This document shows positions 12,291 through 25,234 of a stretch of DNA of 64,000 nt, in pieces. The notes under the pieces are model-generated. The model worked only from the letters and a program-made list of their open reading frames with translations, was not told the DNA's origin and ran no database searches. Numbering within the stretch: position 1 is the stretch's first letter; each line of letters opens with the position of its first letter. The position numbers and the translations under genes are program-made. This DNA is from the human T2T-CHM13v2.0 reference genome, Homo sapiens, in assembly GCF_009914755.1 (NCBI RefSeq), contig NC_060940.1; one strand, 5' to 3'.

Positions 12291-14733
12291 GTTATCTTGT
12301 TTACCTTCAGAGCAATAATATTTTTCTCCATGATCCATGTAAAGACATGGATTGGTGCCTTAGTGATACTTCCGGTTGCTTCAGCTCTGACTATAATGTG
12401 ATGAGAGGTTGTTGTAAGCCTGGGAGGAATGGCCACAGCAAAGACTCACTGCAACAAGTTTCAGGTCTAACTTTCTCATGAGCATTTATTATATCTCATG
12501 CTAACGATCTGAAGTGATTTTAAAGGGAGTGGTTGGGACTCAGCCAGGAATTGGGATCCAGTTGAGAACGACGTCAACAAACAGGCCGACAGGCTATATG
12601 CTTCACTTGAAAAAAAGCTTTTAGGGACCAAAGTAACAAATAGATCAAAAGTGTCCGACATGCGCAAGATGCTAAAGAAAGTAGGAAAGAAGTTTAAAAA
12701 ATTTACACAAAGCAGACATTTAATCAATGCAGAAGTTTAAACAACCAGAGATACATGACACTTGTTCAAAGGCACATGTAACTGAGGGAATTGTGGCTGA
12801 ACCATCCCATCTGGACTTAGATATGGTCACATTAATTCTCACAGGGATTCAGAATGTTAGGACAATCTATGCCAAGGCTGTGTCATAAATCAGTGCAGGG
12901 GTCTGTTAAAACTATAATTTGAAAGACAAGAGAGAGAATGATTCAATTATTACAATATGTAAGTGAGACAAGTTGAATACAAAATGTATCTGTGCTATGG
13001 TTCAAACTTTATAAAATCACATACATAAAAATAGGAGGGAAGAAAATTGCTTGTGGGTAATTTAAAAAAATCACACTAATTTTAGTGTTGTTTATCCAAC
13101 CACTGAAAATATTGTGTTATATAACTGGAAGAGTAAACAGAAAGAGTGAAAGTATAATATTTGTTATGATCTTTCAAGGCACATTAGCTAAAATACTAGC
13201 TTATGCAGTACTGAGAAATGAGTACCTGGCAATAAAAAAGTAAGAAACAAAATTCCAGAACCTACGATATTAACTTTATAGACATTTCCTGGGCTACGAG
13301 GCCCAAGAAAGTATTTCTGACAAAGTAAAATAACAAGTCAAGTCAGTGTTAATGTGTGGAGCTGAGAACAGATGATGTATTATACATGCATTTTTACCCT
13401 TTATGAATAGACATTTATTCATGACACTAGATTTTTAACAGGTTTTCAAAATTATTGTTAGTGGTTTGAAATGCTACAAACCACTAACAATGCAACACTA
13501 TTGGACAAATGAAACACTGAGCTTTAAAGGAAGTGAACTGAGGAGGAAATTTATGTAAGTCTATTTCTCTTAGCAATTGATCATGAGTTTGGTGATAAAT
13601 CCCCATAAAGATTCTTTCCATAGTCAGGTTTGTTGAAGGAAACTAGAAATGAACATCCAAAATCAAGAAGTGGCATGTGAATTTTGGTAAATGGAAATGT
13701 CCAGAAGATAGAACAAGAGGCTTACCCTGCACAGAGCAGGTGGAGTACTAACTAGTCGAAGTTCACTTGTGAGCAGATTCCTGGGAGATCCCTAAATCCT
13801 ATTATTCCCAATGGAAAACCCAAGTACACCTTAACCTATTTAGACATTGCAAGTGACATGCACGACTACTCTGGGATCTTTAGGAGAACAGATCAGAGAT
13901 TTAAAAAATTCACCCAGGAAATTACAGAAGTATTATTCACTATTACAGCCTCCTGGAATTTTTTTTTAAATGACAGCTTCATTGAGATATAATTCACACA
14001 TCATACAATTCACACATTTAAAGTGTACAAATCAATGTTTTTTGTATATTCACAAATATATGCAACCATCACTACAGTCAATTTGAAAACGTTTTTATCA
14101 CCTCAAAAAGAAACCTCATGCCCTTTAGCTGTCACCCACTATCCTGCACCCTCCAGCCCTAAGCAACCACTAATCTACCTCAGATCTATATAGATTTGCC
14201 TACTTTAACCATTTCATATAAATGGAATCATGTAATGTGGTCTTTCGTGACCGGGTTCTTTCATAATGTTTTCAAGGTTCATAATGGATGAACCTTATTT
14301 TCAAGGTTTATAATGGTGTCATTATGGCTGAACCTTGAAATCATTATGACAAGTGAAAGAAGCTAGTCACAAAAGACCGTGGTAGCAAGGTTCATTCATG
14401 CTACCATGTTGTAGCATCTATCAGTGCTCCATTTTTTTTCATTCCTTTTTATGGTCAAATAGTATTCCATTGTATAGATATAACACATTTCATTTATCTT
14501 TGGCTACTATGAATGATACTGTTATAAACATTCATGTACAAGTTTTTGTGTGGATATATGCTTTCATTCCTCTTGGGTATATACCTAGGAGTGGAATTGC
14601 TGGTCATATGGTAACTCAGTGTTTACATGTTTGAGGTGCTGATAAATCATTTTCTAAAGTGGCTGCCATGTCTTACATTCCTAATTACCAGTGTATGGGA
14701 GTTCTCATTCCTCCACCTTTTCACCAATACTTA

Positions 14734-15090
14734 CAGTAGTTCCTTATCTGTAGTTTTGATTTTCTGTTGTTTCAGTTACTTATGGTCAACACGGTCCAAA
14801 AATATTAAATAAAAAATTTCCAGAAACAAATCAGTCATACATTGTTAAGTGCCTGCCACTTTGCGTAGTGTGATGAAGTCTTGTGTCATCCACTCTCTGT
14901 CCAGCCGAGGTCATGAGTCACCCTTTTGTCCAGTGTATCGATGCTGCATATGCTACCCGCTCTTTAGTCACTTAGTAGCTGTCTTGGTTATCAGATCAAC
15001 TGCCACAGTATTGCAGTGCTTGTGTCTGAGTAACCCTAATTTTACTTTTGCGCTTTGGGGCCTAAAAATGCAGATAAAGGGAAACTACTG
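14734..15090 (+). mobile_element. MER44 (Tigger-family MITE)
   Basis: TIRs cagtagtt.../...aactactg flanked by TA on both sides; MER44-like internal sequence. Confidence 0.85.
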
Positions 15091-15512
15091 TATTTTCCAT
15101 TTTAAGATTATAGCCATCCAAGTGAGTGTGAAGTAGTATCTCATTGTGGGGTTTTGATTTACATCTCCCTGAGGATTAATGATATTGACAGTCTTTTCAT
15201 GTGTTATTGGCCTCTTGTATATCTTCTTTGAGAAATGTCTGCTTAAACGCTTTGTCCATTTTTAAATTGAATTATTTATTGAGTTATAATTGTCCAATAA
15301 TTTATTGTCCCTTATCAGATATATGAGTTGCACATACTTTCTCCCATTGTGAAGGTTGTCTTTTCACTTTCTTGACAGTATCCCCTTTGAAGCACAAACT
15401 TTTTTACATTCTGATGAAGTCTAATTTATTTATTTTTTCTTTGGTTGCTTGTGCTTAGATGCTGATTATCTGAAAACTATTGCTTATTTGGTTTTTGGAT
15501 ATGGATATTTAA

Positions 15513-15822
<310 letters not shown>

Positions 15823-17739
15823 TATCCATATGTTGTCTTCTAACAGTTTTATAGTTTCAGCCCTTACATTTCAGTCTTTGATCCATGTAGAGGCAGTTCC
15901 CTTCTACTCCTAGTTTGTTACTTTTTTTTTTTAATCATAAAAGGGTGCTAAATTTTGGTAAATGCTTTTTCTGTGTTTACTGAAATAATCATGTGGTTTT
16001 TGTCCTTTATTCTTATTAATATGTTCTATTACATTGATTGATTTTCTTATGTTAAGCCAACCTTTCATCATTCAGGATAAATCCCACTTCGTCATGGGGT
16101 ATAATCCTTTCCACATGTTGCTGGATTTGGTTTGCTAGTATTTTGTCAAAGATTTTTGGGTCTAAATCCATAAAGGTTATGGGTTTTTAGCTTTCTTTTC
16201 TTGTAATGTTTTCATTTGGTTTTGGTATCAGGGTAATACTGGCCTCATAAAATGAGTTGAAAAGTGTTCCCACCTTCTTATTTTTTGGAAGAGTTTGTGA
16301 AAGATTTATGACAATTCTTCATTAAACATTCAGTAGAATTTACCAGTGAAGCCACTTGATCTTGTTTTTTGTTTGTTTGTTTTTTGGTTGGAATATATTA
16401 CAGGTCTATTCAGATTTTCTATTTCTTCTTGAGTCAGTTTTGGTAGTTCGTGTCTTTCTAGGAATTTGTTCATATCATCTACATTATCTAATTTTTGGCA
16501 TACAATTGTTCATAGCATTATCCACTAATCCTTTTAATTTCTGTAAGGTTGGTAGTAATGTCCTTTCTTTTATTCCTGTTGGGTAGAGTGTGCTGTAGAT
16601 GTCTGTTAGGTCTAGGTGGTTTATAGTGTTCAACTCTTCTATTTCCTTTGTGATCTTCTGCTTAGTTTTTTATTATTGAAAGTGGGGTATTGACATCCCC
16701 TACTATTTTGCTGAATTGTGTATTTCTCCCTTCAATTCTATCTGTCTGCACTTCACATATTTTGGTGCTCTGTTATCAGATGTGTGTTTATAATTGCCAT
16801 ATCTTTTTGATGAACTCACTATCTTATCATTGTAAAATGCCCTTCTTTGTCTTGAATAACAATTTTTATTTTAAAGTCTATTTTGTCTGATATAACATAG
16901 ACTCTCCAGCTTTCTTTTGGTACTGTTTGCATGGTGTATATATTTCCATCCTTTTGGTTTCAACCTATTCATATCTTTAAATCTAAAGTGTGGTATCTTG
17001 TAAAAAGCATATAGATACAAGATAGATATCTTGTAAAAAGCAAAAAGATATAGATTTTTGGCGGGGTTGTTTGTTTTGTTCTAATCCATTCTGCCATTCT
17101 CTAACTTTTAATTGAAGTATTTAATACATTGACATTTAATGTAATTGTTGATAGGGCAGGACTCATGCTACTTATTTTCTATATGTCTCATGTCTTTTCT
17201 GTTCCTCTATTCCTCCATTACTGCCTTTCTTTGTGTTAAATGGATATTTTCTACCCTTTTGAATTCCTTTGTTATTTCTTTTACTGTATTTTTAAGTTTC
17301 TTTAGGGAATAGTTTAAAGAATGGGCAATCCTGAATTTGGGTAAATAATTCAGAGTCAAAAGTGAGGGCAGTAGTATTCATGCATCAGGAATGTCTAAGA
17401 AACCCAAATACATGAGTTCTTGCACCTAATATACAACCTTGCTTGAAGGAGGTACTCAATAAGAGTTTATTTAACAAATATCCAAAATACATATTTATTC
17501 CTAAAAGGGGTAGCTATGTATGTTGATGGTAAGACACAGTATTATTAGGCCTGAACTTAAAATGGGGAATGGCCAGGTGAAATTGGGATGGGCTTTCTTA
17601 TTAAACTTGAGGGGCAGTTAGCCTTCCTTGGCTAGCACTTTCCCTTTCTTTCATCTACCTGAAAAGTAAAACTGCTCCTTTAATATCCTATACTTTCCTT
17701 CCTACAGATAGGGCCATTATTCCTTCTATCTTAAATGTT

Positions 17740-18240
17740 TTTAGAGCAGAGCTTAAAGGTTTTATCTTTGCTGCTTACGTATGAAGGCTTGCTTATGATA
17801 CTGGATGTTGTCAAGGGTGCTTATGACTCAGAGCAATACTTCCTGATGCCCAGTAGTCAGCTTCCAAGAGTTGATCTGCTGGATCTTATCAAAGGCCCTC
17901 ATGGGACTAGAGGATCCGTGAATTGGAGACAAGGTTATATTCACAAGTTTGTTCTTCCTACTTCTTCAGAGAACCACCCTTCACTGCTTGTCATGAGAGA
18001 TGAGATGTTATGAAGGTAGGAAGTGGGCTGAAGTTCATATAAATGAAAGTGTATTCCCACCCTTCTCATGTTGTATACATACCCAAAGGATGTTAACCAT
18101 GGGCTGGGATAAGCACGGCACATATTCGTGAAGAGTCAATGTTATTCAAATATTTGGAAAACAACCCTCATTTTTCTCTTATAACAAACACACATGTATT
18201 ATGGAAGAGAACGTAAATGTCTTGTGAATGTTTCAGATAA
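17740..18240 (-). mobile_element. Possible ancient non-L1 LINE (RTE/L4-like) reverse transcriptase fragment
   Basis: Minus-strand pieces EQTCEYNL...FTD...RAFDKIQQINSWKL resemble the LINE RT motif EKCxEYNL...FxDxxKAFDxI...LWKxL; frame-broken. Confidence 0.4.
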
Positions 18241-18346
18241 GTCTTGAGACTTAAAAATAAAAAAGATTATGTTTGTGACAGGCTGCTTTGGTCATGCCAC
18301 AGAACCCTTGAGGCACACACGTTCACTCTCCTTAGTTGTTGGGGGT

Positions 18347-18707
18347 TGTATGACTTTGCTAGGGCTGCCATAACAAAGTACCCTAGACTGGGTGGCTTAA
18401 ACAACAGAAGTTTATTTCTGTTGCTGTCAGAAGGGTTGGTGATTGCAGGGTTATTTTTTTCTGAGGGTCTCTCGCTTCAGCTTCTCTTTATTTTTTCACA
18501 TGGCCCTTTTCTATGTGTATGTCTGTGTCCTAATGTCCTCTCCTTATAAGGACACCAATCATATTGGATTAAAGCCCACCCATCTGACCTCATTTTGCCT
18601 TAATTACCTCTTTAAAGGCCCTATGTCCAAGAAGAGTTACATTCCGAGGTACTGGGTGTTAGGACTTCAACATATAAATTCTGCGGGAAACAATTCAGTG
18701 CATAACA
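18347..18707 (-). mobile_element. MaLR solo LTR (MLT1B/C-like)
   Basis: gctagggctgccataacaaagtacc...ggtggcttaaacaacag...ttaggacttcaacatat...cataaca. Confidence 0.85.
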
Positions 18708-19434
18708 GGGACACTGAGGTGGAAGAGTTGAGAATAAATAGTAATCACCTTTCAGCTAATCTTGAGATTCTGAATGTATAGTATATATCATGAGATCAGT
18801 ACATTTTCCTTGGATCCTTCAGGTCATATGTCTCTATCTCTTTTCTATGTTATCCCCAGGGCTTGCCCCAAGGGAGACCTCAGCTTGTAGATGGAGGGAG
18901 GTCTTGCTAGCAGTTACCAGAATAAGAGAAACTGCCATGGTAATTAACAACCTGCTGCTGTGGGAATCCAAATAGAGTCAGAGCAACGTGTTTACAATGC
19001 TTGGAGACATAATAGTGAGATCATGTAAGTAATTTCCTTAAAATAAGAACAAAAGACAAAAGTTTAGAGAAACTGTGATAATGGCCAAAGCTTAGCCCAG
19101 ATGATTTTATTCAGGTGTTACTGTAATAACTTATTTTCTCTAAACATCCTAAGACATAGAGAGTAACTAGAAGCTAGTTTAATGTCTAAATCCTTATTTT
19201 ATAAGACTATAACTTGTAGAAAAACTAGATCTCCAAACAGCATCTGTATCTATAATAACTTATACATGCTCACTAGGGAAACACTGATGGAAATTTAACA
19301 CACTCTATTATGCTGATGTGTTCATATCAACAAAGATAGTCATCAGCATCCAAGACAGGATCTACTTAAAAAGCTAAAAAGGCAATAGGTTAAAACTTCT
19401 GTTAGTTTCTACATTCATTATAAATGTACCTTAC

Positions 19435-19658
19435 CTAATGGTCAGTTTCACAGGCTCAGGTGACCCATTGACATTGACCAGGAACTCTTCTTCAAAGTTT
19501 CCCAGGATGGTAGAGCTGAAGGAGATCTGGATAGCTTGGACTCCACTTGGTTCAATGATGCCTTCCTTGGGACTGAAAACAAAGCAGGCCCCCAAAGCTG
19601 AAGTTGGAGGGGTCATGTTGAAGAGAGCATCGATGCTGCCTTTGTTGTACAGTATCGC
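19435..19658 (-). CDS. HYDIN: HYDIN coding exon, probably exon 12, 224 bp: AILYNKGSIDALFNMTPPTSALG...PEPVKLTI(R), ASH/Ig-like repeat
   Basis: Overlaps ORF 19431..19616; gatatag|GCGATA...ATTAG|gtaagg; phase 0 to 2. Confidence 0.95.
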
Positions 19659-21359
19659 CTATATCAATAAAAGGCAAGAATGTGAAGGTCAATGGGCCTC
19701 TGACCTATTTTCATATAAGCATGTGTCTGTACTGTTTAACAGCAACAAAGGGAAAGTTGCAGAATTAGAACCAAAGAAGAACACTCAGGGACAAATGAAC
19801 AGTCTGATGCCTTGAGTGTTTGAAGATAGAACTCCCAAGCCAGAAAGTAATTTTACATTTTTAGTCTCCTCTTTAACATGAAATTAGTCATATATATTAT
19901 GCTCGTGCTATAAAGACTGATCATAATCACATATACTGATGAAGAGCCTTAAAATACTCCCTTTTTTGCTACTCTCTATAAAGTAACCAAGGGAAAGTAA
20001 GTATTTCTCTTATACGCATGAGAAGGCTGAGGTTAAGCAGCATACTTAAAAATAAAAAGCAAGTTAGAATAGCAGAGTGAGAATTACCTAAACCTATGTT
20101 TATAATGTAGCTTGAAGAATGTAAATGAGACATCACTGTGGATCCCAGATGACAAGGGTTCTCTTTGTTGTGCTATCAGATTTCATCCTATTGAGACATT
20201 TTCATCTCAGATTCTACTGGATGGATGATTGTTTTGAGATTCTTATGCAAGCAACTGTTTTACTATAGAAAAGTTGTACTCCTATATTCTAGTGTTCTGG
20301 AAGCATGTTATTGCCCATAGGTGGTTGCACACTGGGTTTAGTGTGTGCATGTAAAGAGCTCATGCCTGAGCTCCTTCATGCACACTCGTGATATTAGGCG
20401 TCCTACAAGGCAGGCCTCAGTCTACTGTCCCTACAATTCTTGTGCATGAACCTTCACTACAGCCATGTTGTTCTATCCTGGCTTCCAAAGACACCACCTC
20501 TGATCCTTGCCAATGCTGTCCTTACACCTAGAGGGTGAACAGCATGTTTTCCTGATTTATATAGGAACCACCCTCAACCTACACATAAGGCTTTGGAGGA
20601 CAAAGAGCATGAGAGATCTCAAAGAAACTTTCAGAAGGTTAGCAGGCAAATGTGACGTGTGTCAGGAACGCGGAAGCTGAGGGAGGAGGATTCCCAGAAG
20701 AAGTCAGATGCAGACAGAGGTCAGGAGAGTAAGTCTGGAGCAAAGGTTACAGACATTATTTTTAGTTAGAGATTATTGTCATCCCTGACCTTGAGGAAGA
20801 GAGTAATTCTAGTGGGGCATGACTGCAGAATCCAGAGGACAAATATTTAGGGAATTGAGTGGGTGTACAGGAAATAGTGGCTGACTATTTTAGATTCCTG
20901 TTTTGAGAAGATGAGTGGTGAAAGGTGAGAATGGGAGTGGCAAGACTGTGGGGAGGTACTGTGGAGGAGACAGCATATTTATAATAAATGAGATAATGCA
21001 TATTCAGTGCTCAGCCTAGAGGAAACACTCACCCAAGTGCTGCCTGTTGTTGTTGTAAGAGAAGAGAGCTTGGTAACTAAGGGAATGGGGTCTGAGTGGA
21101 GGCAGAGGAGGATGAGTTCAGGGGCTCAGGTTGCAGGGAAGAGGGCATCCAGAATATATGATGGAGAGAAAGAGTCGGCAGCAGAGGCAGAGCAGAGGAA
21201 GACAGCCTCTTCTGCCAAGAGAAGACGGACAATGCACCAAAATAGAAGCATAAATAATTGCTGCTTGCTATTTTATTCATCTTTTTATGTTTCTTTCGCA
21301 TCTCCCTCATTCTAAGGTCCCTGGTAGCAGGAACCAGGCTTCACCCTTCATTGCGTTTA

Positions 21360-21600
21360 AAGAGACCACGTAGAAAAGTGATTATGGCCAGCGACTCTGA
21401 AGCCAAACTGCCTGGGTTCAAATCTCAGCTTTGCCATTGACTTACTAGCTCTGTAACCTTGGACAATCTACTTAGTTTCTCTGTGCTCCAGTTTCCCCAT
21501 GTGTAAAATGTAAGTACTACTAACTTCTCATATTGCTGTAAAATTAAATTTATTAATTTATGTAATTTTTAGAATAGTGCTTGGCAAATAGTGCTTAAAA
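21360..21600. mobile_element. MIR
   Basis: MIR core ctgggttcaaatctcagc...accttggacaa...ctctgtgctccagtttcccc. Confidence 0.75.
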
Positions 21601-21604
21601 ATGA

Positions 21605-21938
<334 letters not shown>

Positions 21939-23676
21939 AGTGACTGCTATTTATATCCCCAGTGCCTAATAGAATGGGTTTAAATTTTACCTGTGCTTAA
22001 GAAGTGACTAGTACGTACTAGTGGTAACATGAAGGCAAATTGAAGGCATTAGTGGTAACTTGGAGGACCCTGTTCTTCTCTTTCAGAAGATGCATGGATT
22101 GCCTTTTAGTTTTTTTGGTTAGCAGAAATGTTTTGCCCATATTTTCTGTATGGTGAGAATTCCTCCATTTTTAAGAATATGACATCATTCTTCTCCTCCT
22201 GAGAAATAAGCACCTACTTACGAATACAGAAACCAGCAATAGTTTTGGGACACAATTCAGAGGCCTTTTGATTACCGATAATACTCTTTCCCTTGAGGTC
22301 TAGCTCCTTGGAGAGAAGAAAATTTATAATCAAACTTTGCCTCTCATTTGTTTTCCTTCTTAATTACACTGGGGAATAGGGTATACTCTTGGAGTTAATG
22401 GTTTATTCTTTATGTATCTGCTATGTTCAGCAATGACTAAGGGCAATAGCTAGTTATTCAAATTTGTCTCAAGTAGGTAATGCAATAAATTGAAAGAGAG
22501 ATGCAATGAAGCATCAGCATTAAATACGCAGACAGTGCAAAATATTCCCATAAGAAGCACCTTACCGTGTCCTTCTCTGCCACTGCACAGCTCTCCAAAC
22601 TGTCCAATCTGATGCATCACCTCATTGAACACTTATTTAACTGGCTGTGGTTTGCTTTACTATTAAAATTAGGGAGGGTGGGAAGTGGTGGCCTCAAGTA
22701 CACTTCTGCTAAATTTACATTCAGGGAAACCCTATCCATTTTGCATCAGAACTAAAGCTTCTTTTCTGATGTGGCACTCATAAGTTCAGTCTGTAAGATA
22801 CAGGAAATTCACACTGGATGAATTACAGACAGAATATCAGTTTAATGAGAACTACTGGACTTTTTTTCCTTCTCCCCAAGTGACCTCTCAAATGCAATCC
22901 AGGACAGTGTGGGATATAGCTGTGTCACTTGTCATTTCACGACAGCCATGCGACTGACTTCTTCATTTACACAGGGTTCCTATGCATAGTCCATCTCACT
23001 GTGACATTACCATCTCTGTTTACCTTCTGCATCATCCCATTTAGGCCACAGTTACTTTGTGAATGTGGGGGATGCAGGGTACTGTCCCCACACCAGGTTA
23101 GGCTGGGCTAAGAGCCAAGTGGTTTGGAGGCTGGGTTTACCCGAGGTGAGAGGTTGGGATGCTGAGAACCTGAAGGGTTGAGAGGCCAGCAAAGGCCTTC
23201 TTTTCCCAGAACAGGAGAGAGAGCCCTAGTCCCCCAGGACTCACTAACATTACATGCTGCAGGACCCTGCCAAGTTACTTAACTACCCTGGCATTCAGGT
23301 TTGCCGTTCCTTGAATGCACTTCCTCTTTTACTGTGCAGACAGCTAATGGAATATGAATGTAAGTGAAATGTGCTACCATCTATAAAAATATCATATACG
23401 TTCCCCCATGCCCTTTCCCCTTCCACAATCTTGTAGACCACGTGGTAGGGGTGGCCAAGCATGAGACGTTCCAGCTTCTCTGCTGGAAGAGAGCACCTGC
23501 TCACTAGAAACCTTTGTTTTGGACTTTATGTAAGGTGTAAAAGAAACTTCTAGCATATTTGAGACATTATGTATTTTTGTATTTGTTTGTTACAATATCT
23601 AGCACTACCTTAACTTCTCTAAGACTCAGTTTACCCAGCTATGAAATGGAAATAGTTAATCGTACCTCACAAATAG

Positions 23677-24009
<333 letters not shown>

Positions 24010-24950
24010 TAAATGAACGAGTGAAGGTCAAAGCACTAGCACTGTGCTCAACACACATTAAGGGAGATGTGTATGATATTAACTACTACACGATCCACAT
24101 TTCTCATATGCAAAATAGATGTAATAAAGCCTAACTTTCACAATTTGGTAAGGATTAGAAATCACACACACACACACACATAGACATGCACACACAATAA
24201 AGTATGAATCTGAATCTGGCACCTATTTGTCACTCATTAAATAATTGTTTAAAATACCTCTATAAAAATACAAACATATACAATGAAGGAACTTTCCCAA
24301 AATGAAGTTTCAAGGGTTACAGTCTGATGTAATGTAAAAAATGTGCCCTAGATACAAATTTAGTGATGGGGAGACACTGAAGTAAACACTGATCCTGAAT
24401 AACTCATGCATACATCCTGTAAAATTTCATTTTCTAATTAATTGGAAAGATAAAGCAGGAAAGTCTCTTCCAGAAACTGATTGGTTTTTAAAACATGGAT
24501 TGGAGACTAGTGCATTAAGAGAAAATTCTGAAATGTGAAAACAGCTATGCTCATTAGGACGTTCTAGAAAATGTAAAAGGTTATCTATCCTCTGATCTGT
24601 GGAATTTATGTTGTCAGAGAACAAGCACTAAACAGATGGGGAGATGTATTTATGAGTTTTCCCTTTGCAATCTACAAAACAATGAGGATAAAACCAGTGA
24701 AACTATGGCTTTGATGCTTTTTAGCTTTCACTAAAGTGAAGGAGGGCTAATGAAGATAAAAAAGTTGTTCCCCTCATGATGGCCAGGCAGGAGGAGGAAG
24801 AATCTGAGCACTCCAGGGTCTCAACAAGGATGAGTAACGGCGAATAAATGTGATTGCATACTCTTTCCATCAAATAAAAACATATAAGATAAAACAAACC
24901 CCAAAAGCCAAGTACTGTTTGAAGTATCAACGAACAACTCTAGTGCTTAC

Positions 24951-25069
24951 CTCATAACAATGTGCAGATCCAGTGAAAACTTTCCCAATATCCAGCAATT
25001 CAAAGTTGAAGTGAATCTTAGGTCCCATGCCTTCCCCTTTGATTCGGAGGGGCAGACGGATTTCTCGGC
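24951..25069 (-). CDS. HYDIN: HYDIN coding exon, probably exon 11, 119 bp: (G)REIRLPLRIKGEGMGPKIHFNFELLDIGKVFTGSAHCYE
   Basis: tttttctag|GCCGAGAAATC...TATGAG|gtaagc; phase 1 to 0; in frame with both neighbours. Confidence 0.95.
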
Positions 25070-25234
25070 CTAGAAAAACAATTCAGACTTTATCATCCAA
25101 ATGGTGCTTCATTTACCCCAAATCATGTTCCCTCATGTACGTTACCAATATAAATAATCAAAATTATTAAATAGCTCCCTGCATTGCACCGAGGGAACTG
25201 CAATTTAACTAACGCTGAAGATTCATCCTATATG

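Noticed and set aside
12755-12790. ATGA...AAA...TGAG downstream of the TGA-interrupted frame, suggestive of a SECIS element
   Set aside because: The helix between the putative quartet and the AA loop is too short and poorly paired; no support for selenocysteine recoding.
17735-18013. 92-aa + strand ORF whose LLTYEGLLMILDVVKG resembles a Mononegavirales L-protein motif (possible endogenous viral element)
   Set aside because: Only one short motif matches and downstream L motifs are unconvincing. The opposite strand gives a more coherent LINE RT pattern (EYNL...AFDKI...WKL). A tblastn search would be needed to revive it.
22561-22650. Minus-strand donor CG|gtaagg with an upstream open frame, a possible extra HYDIN exon
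   Set aside because: No polypyrimidine tract at the candidate acceptor, and exons 11 and 12 already join in frame to give the known protein.
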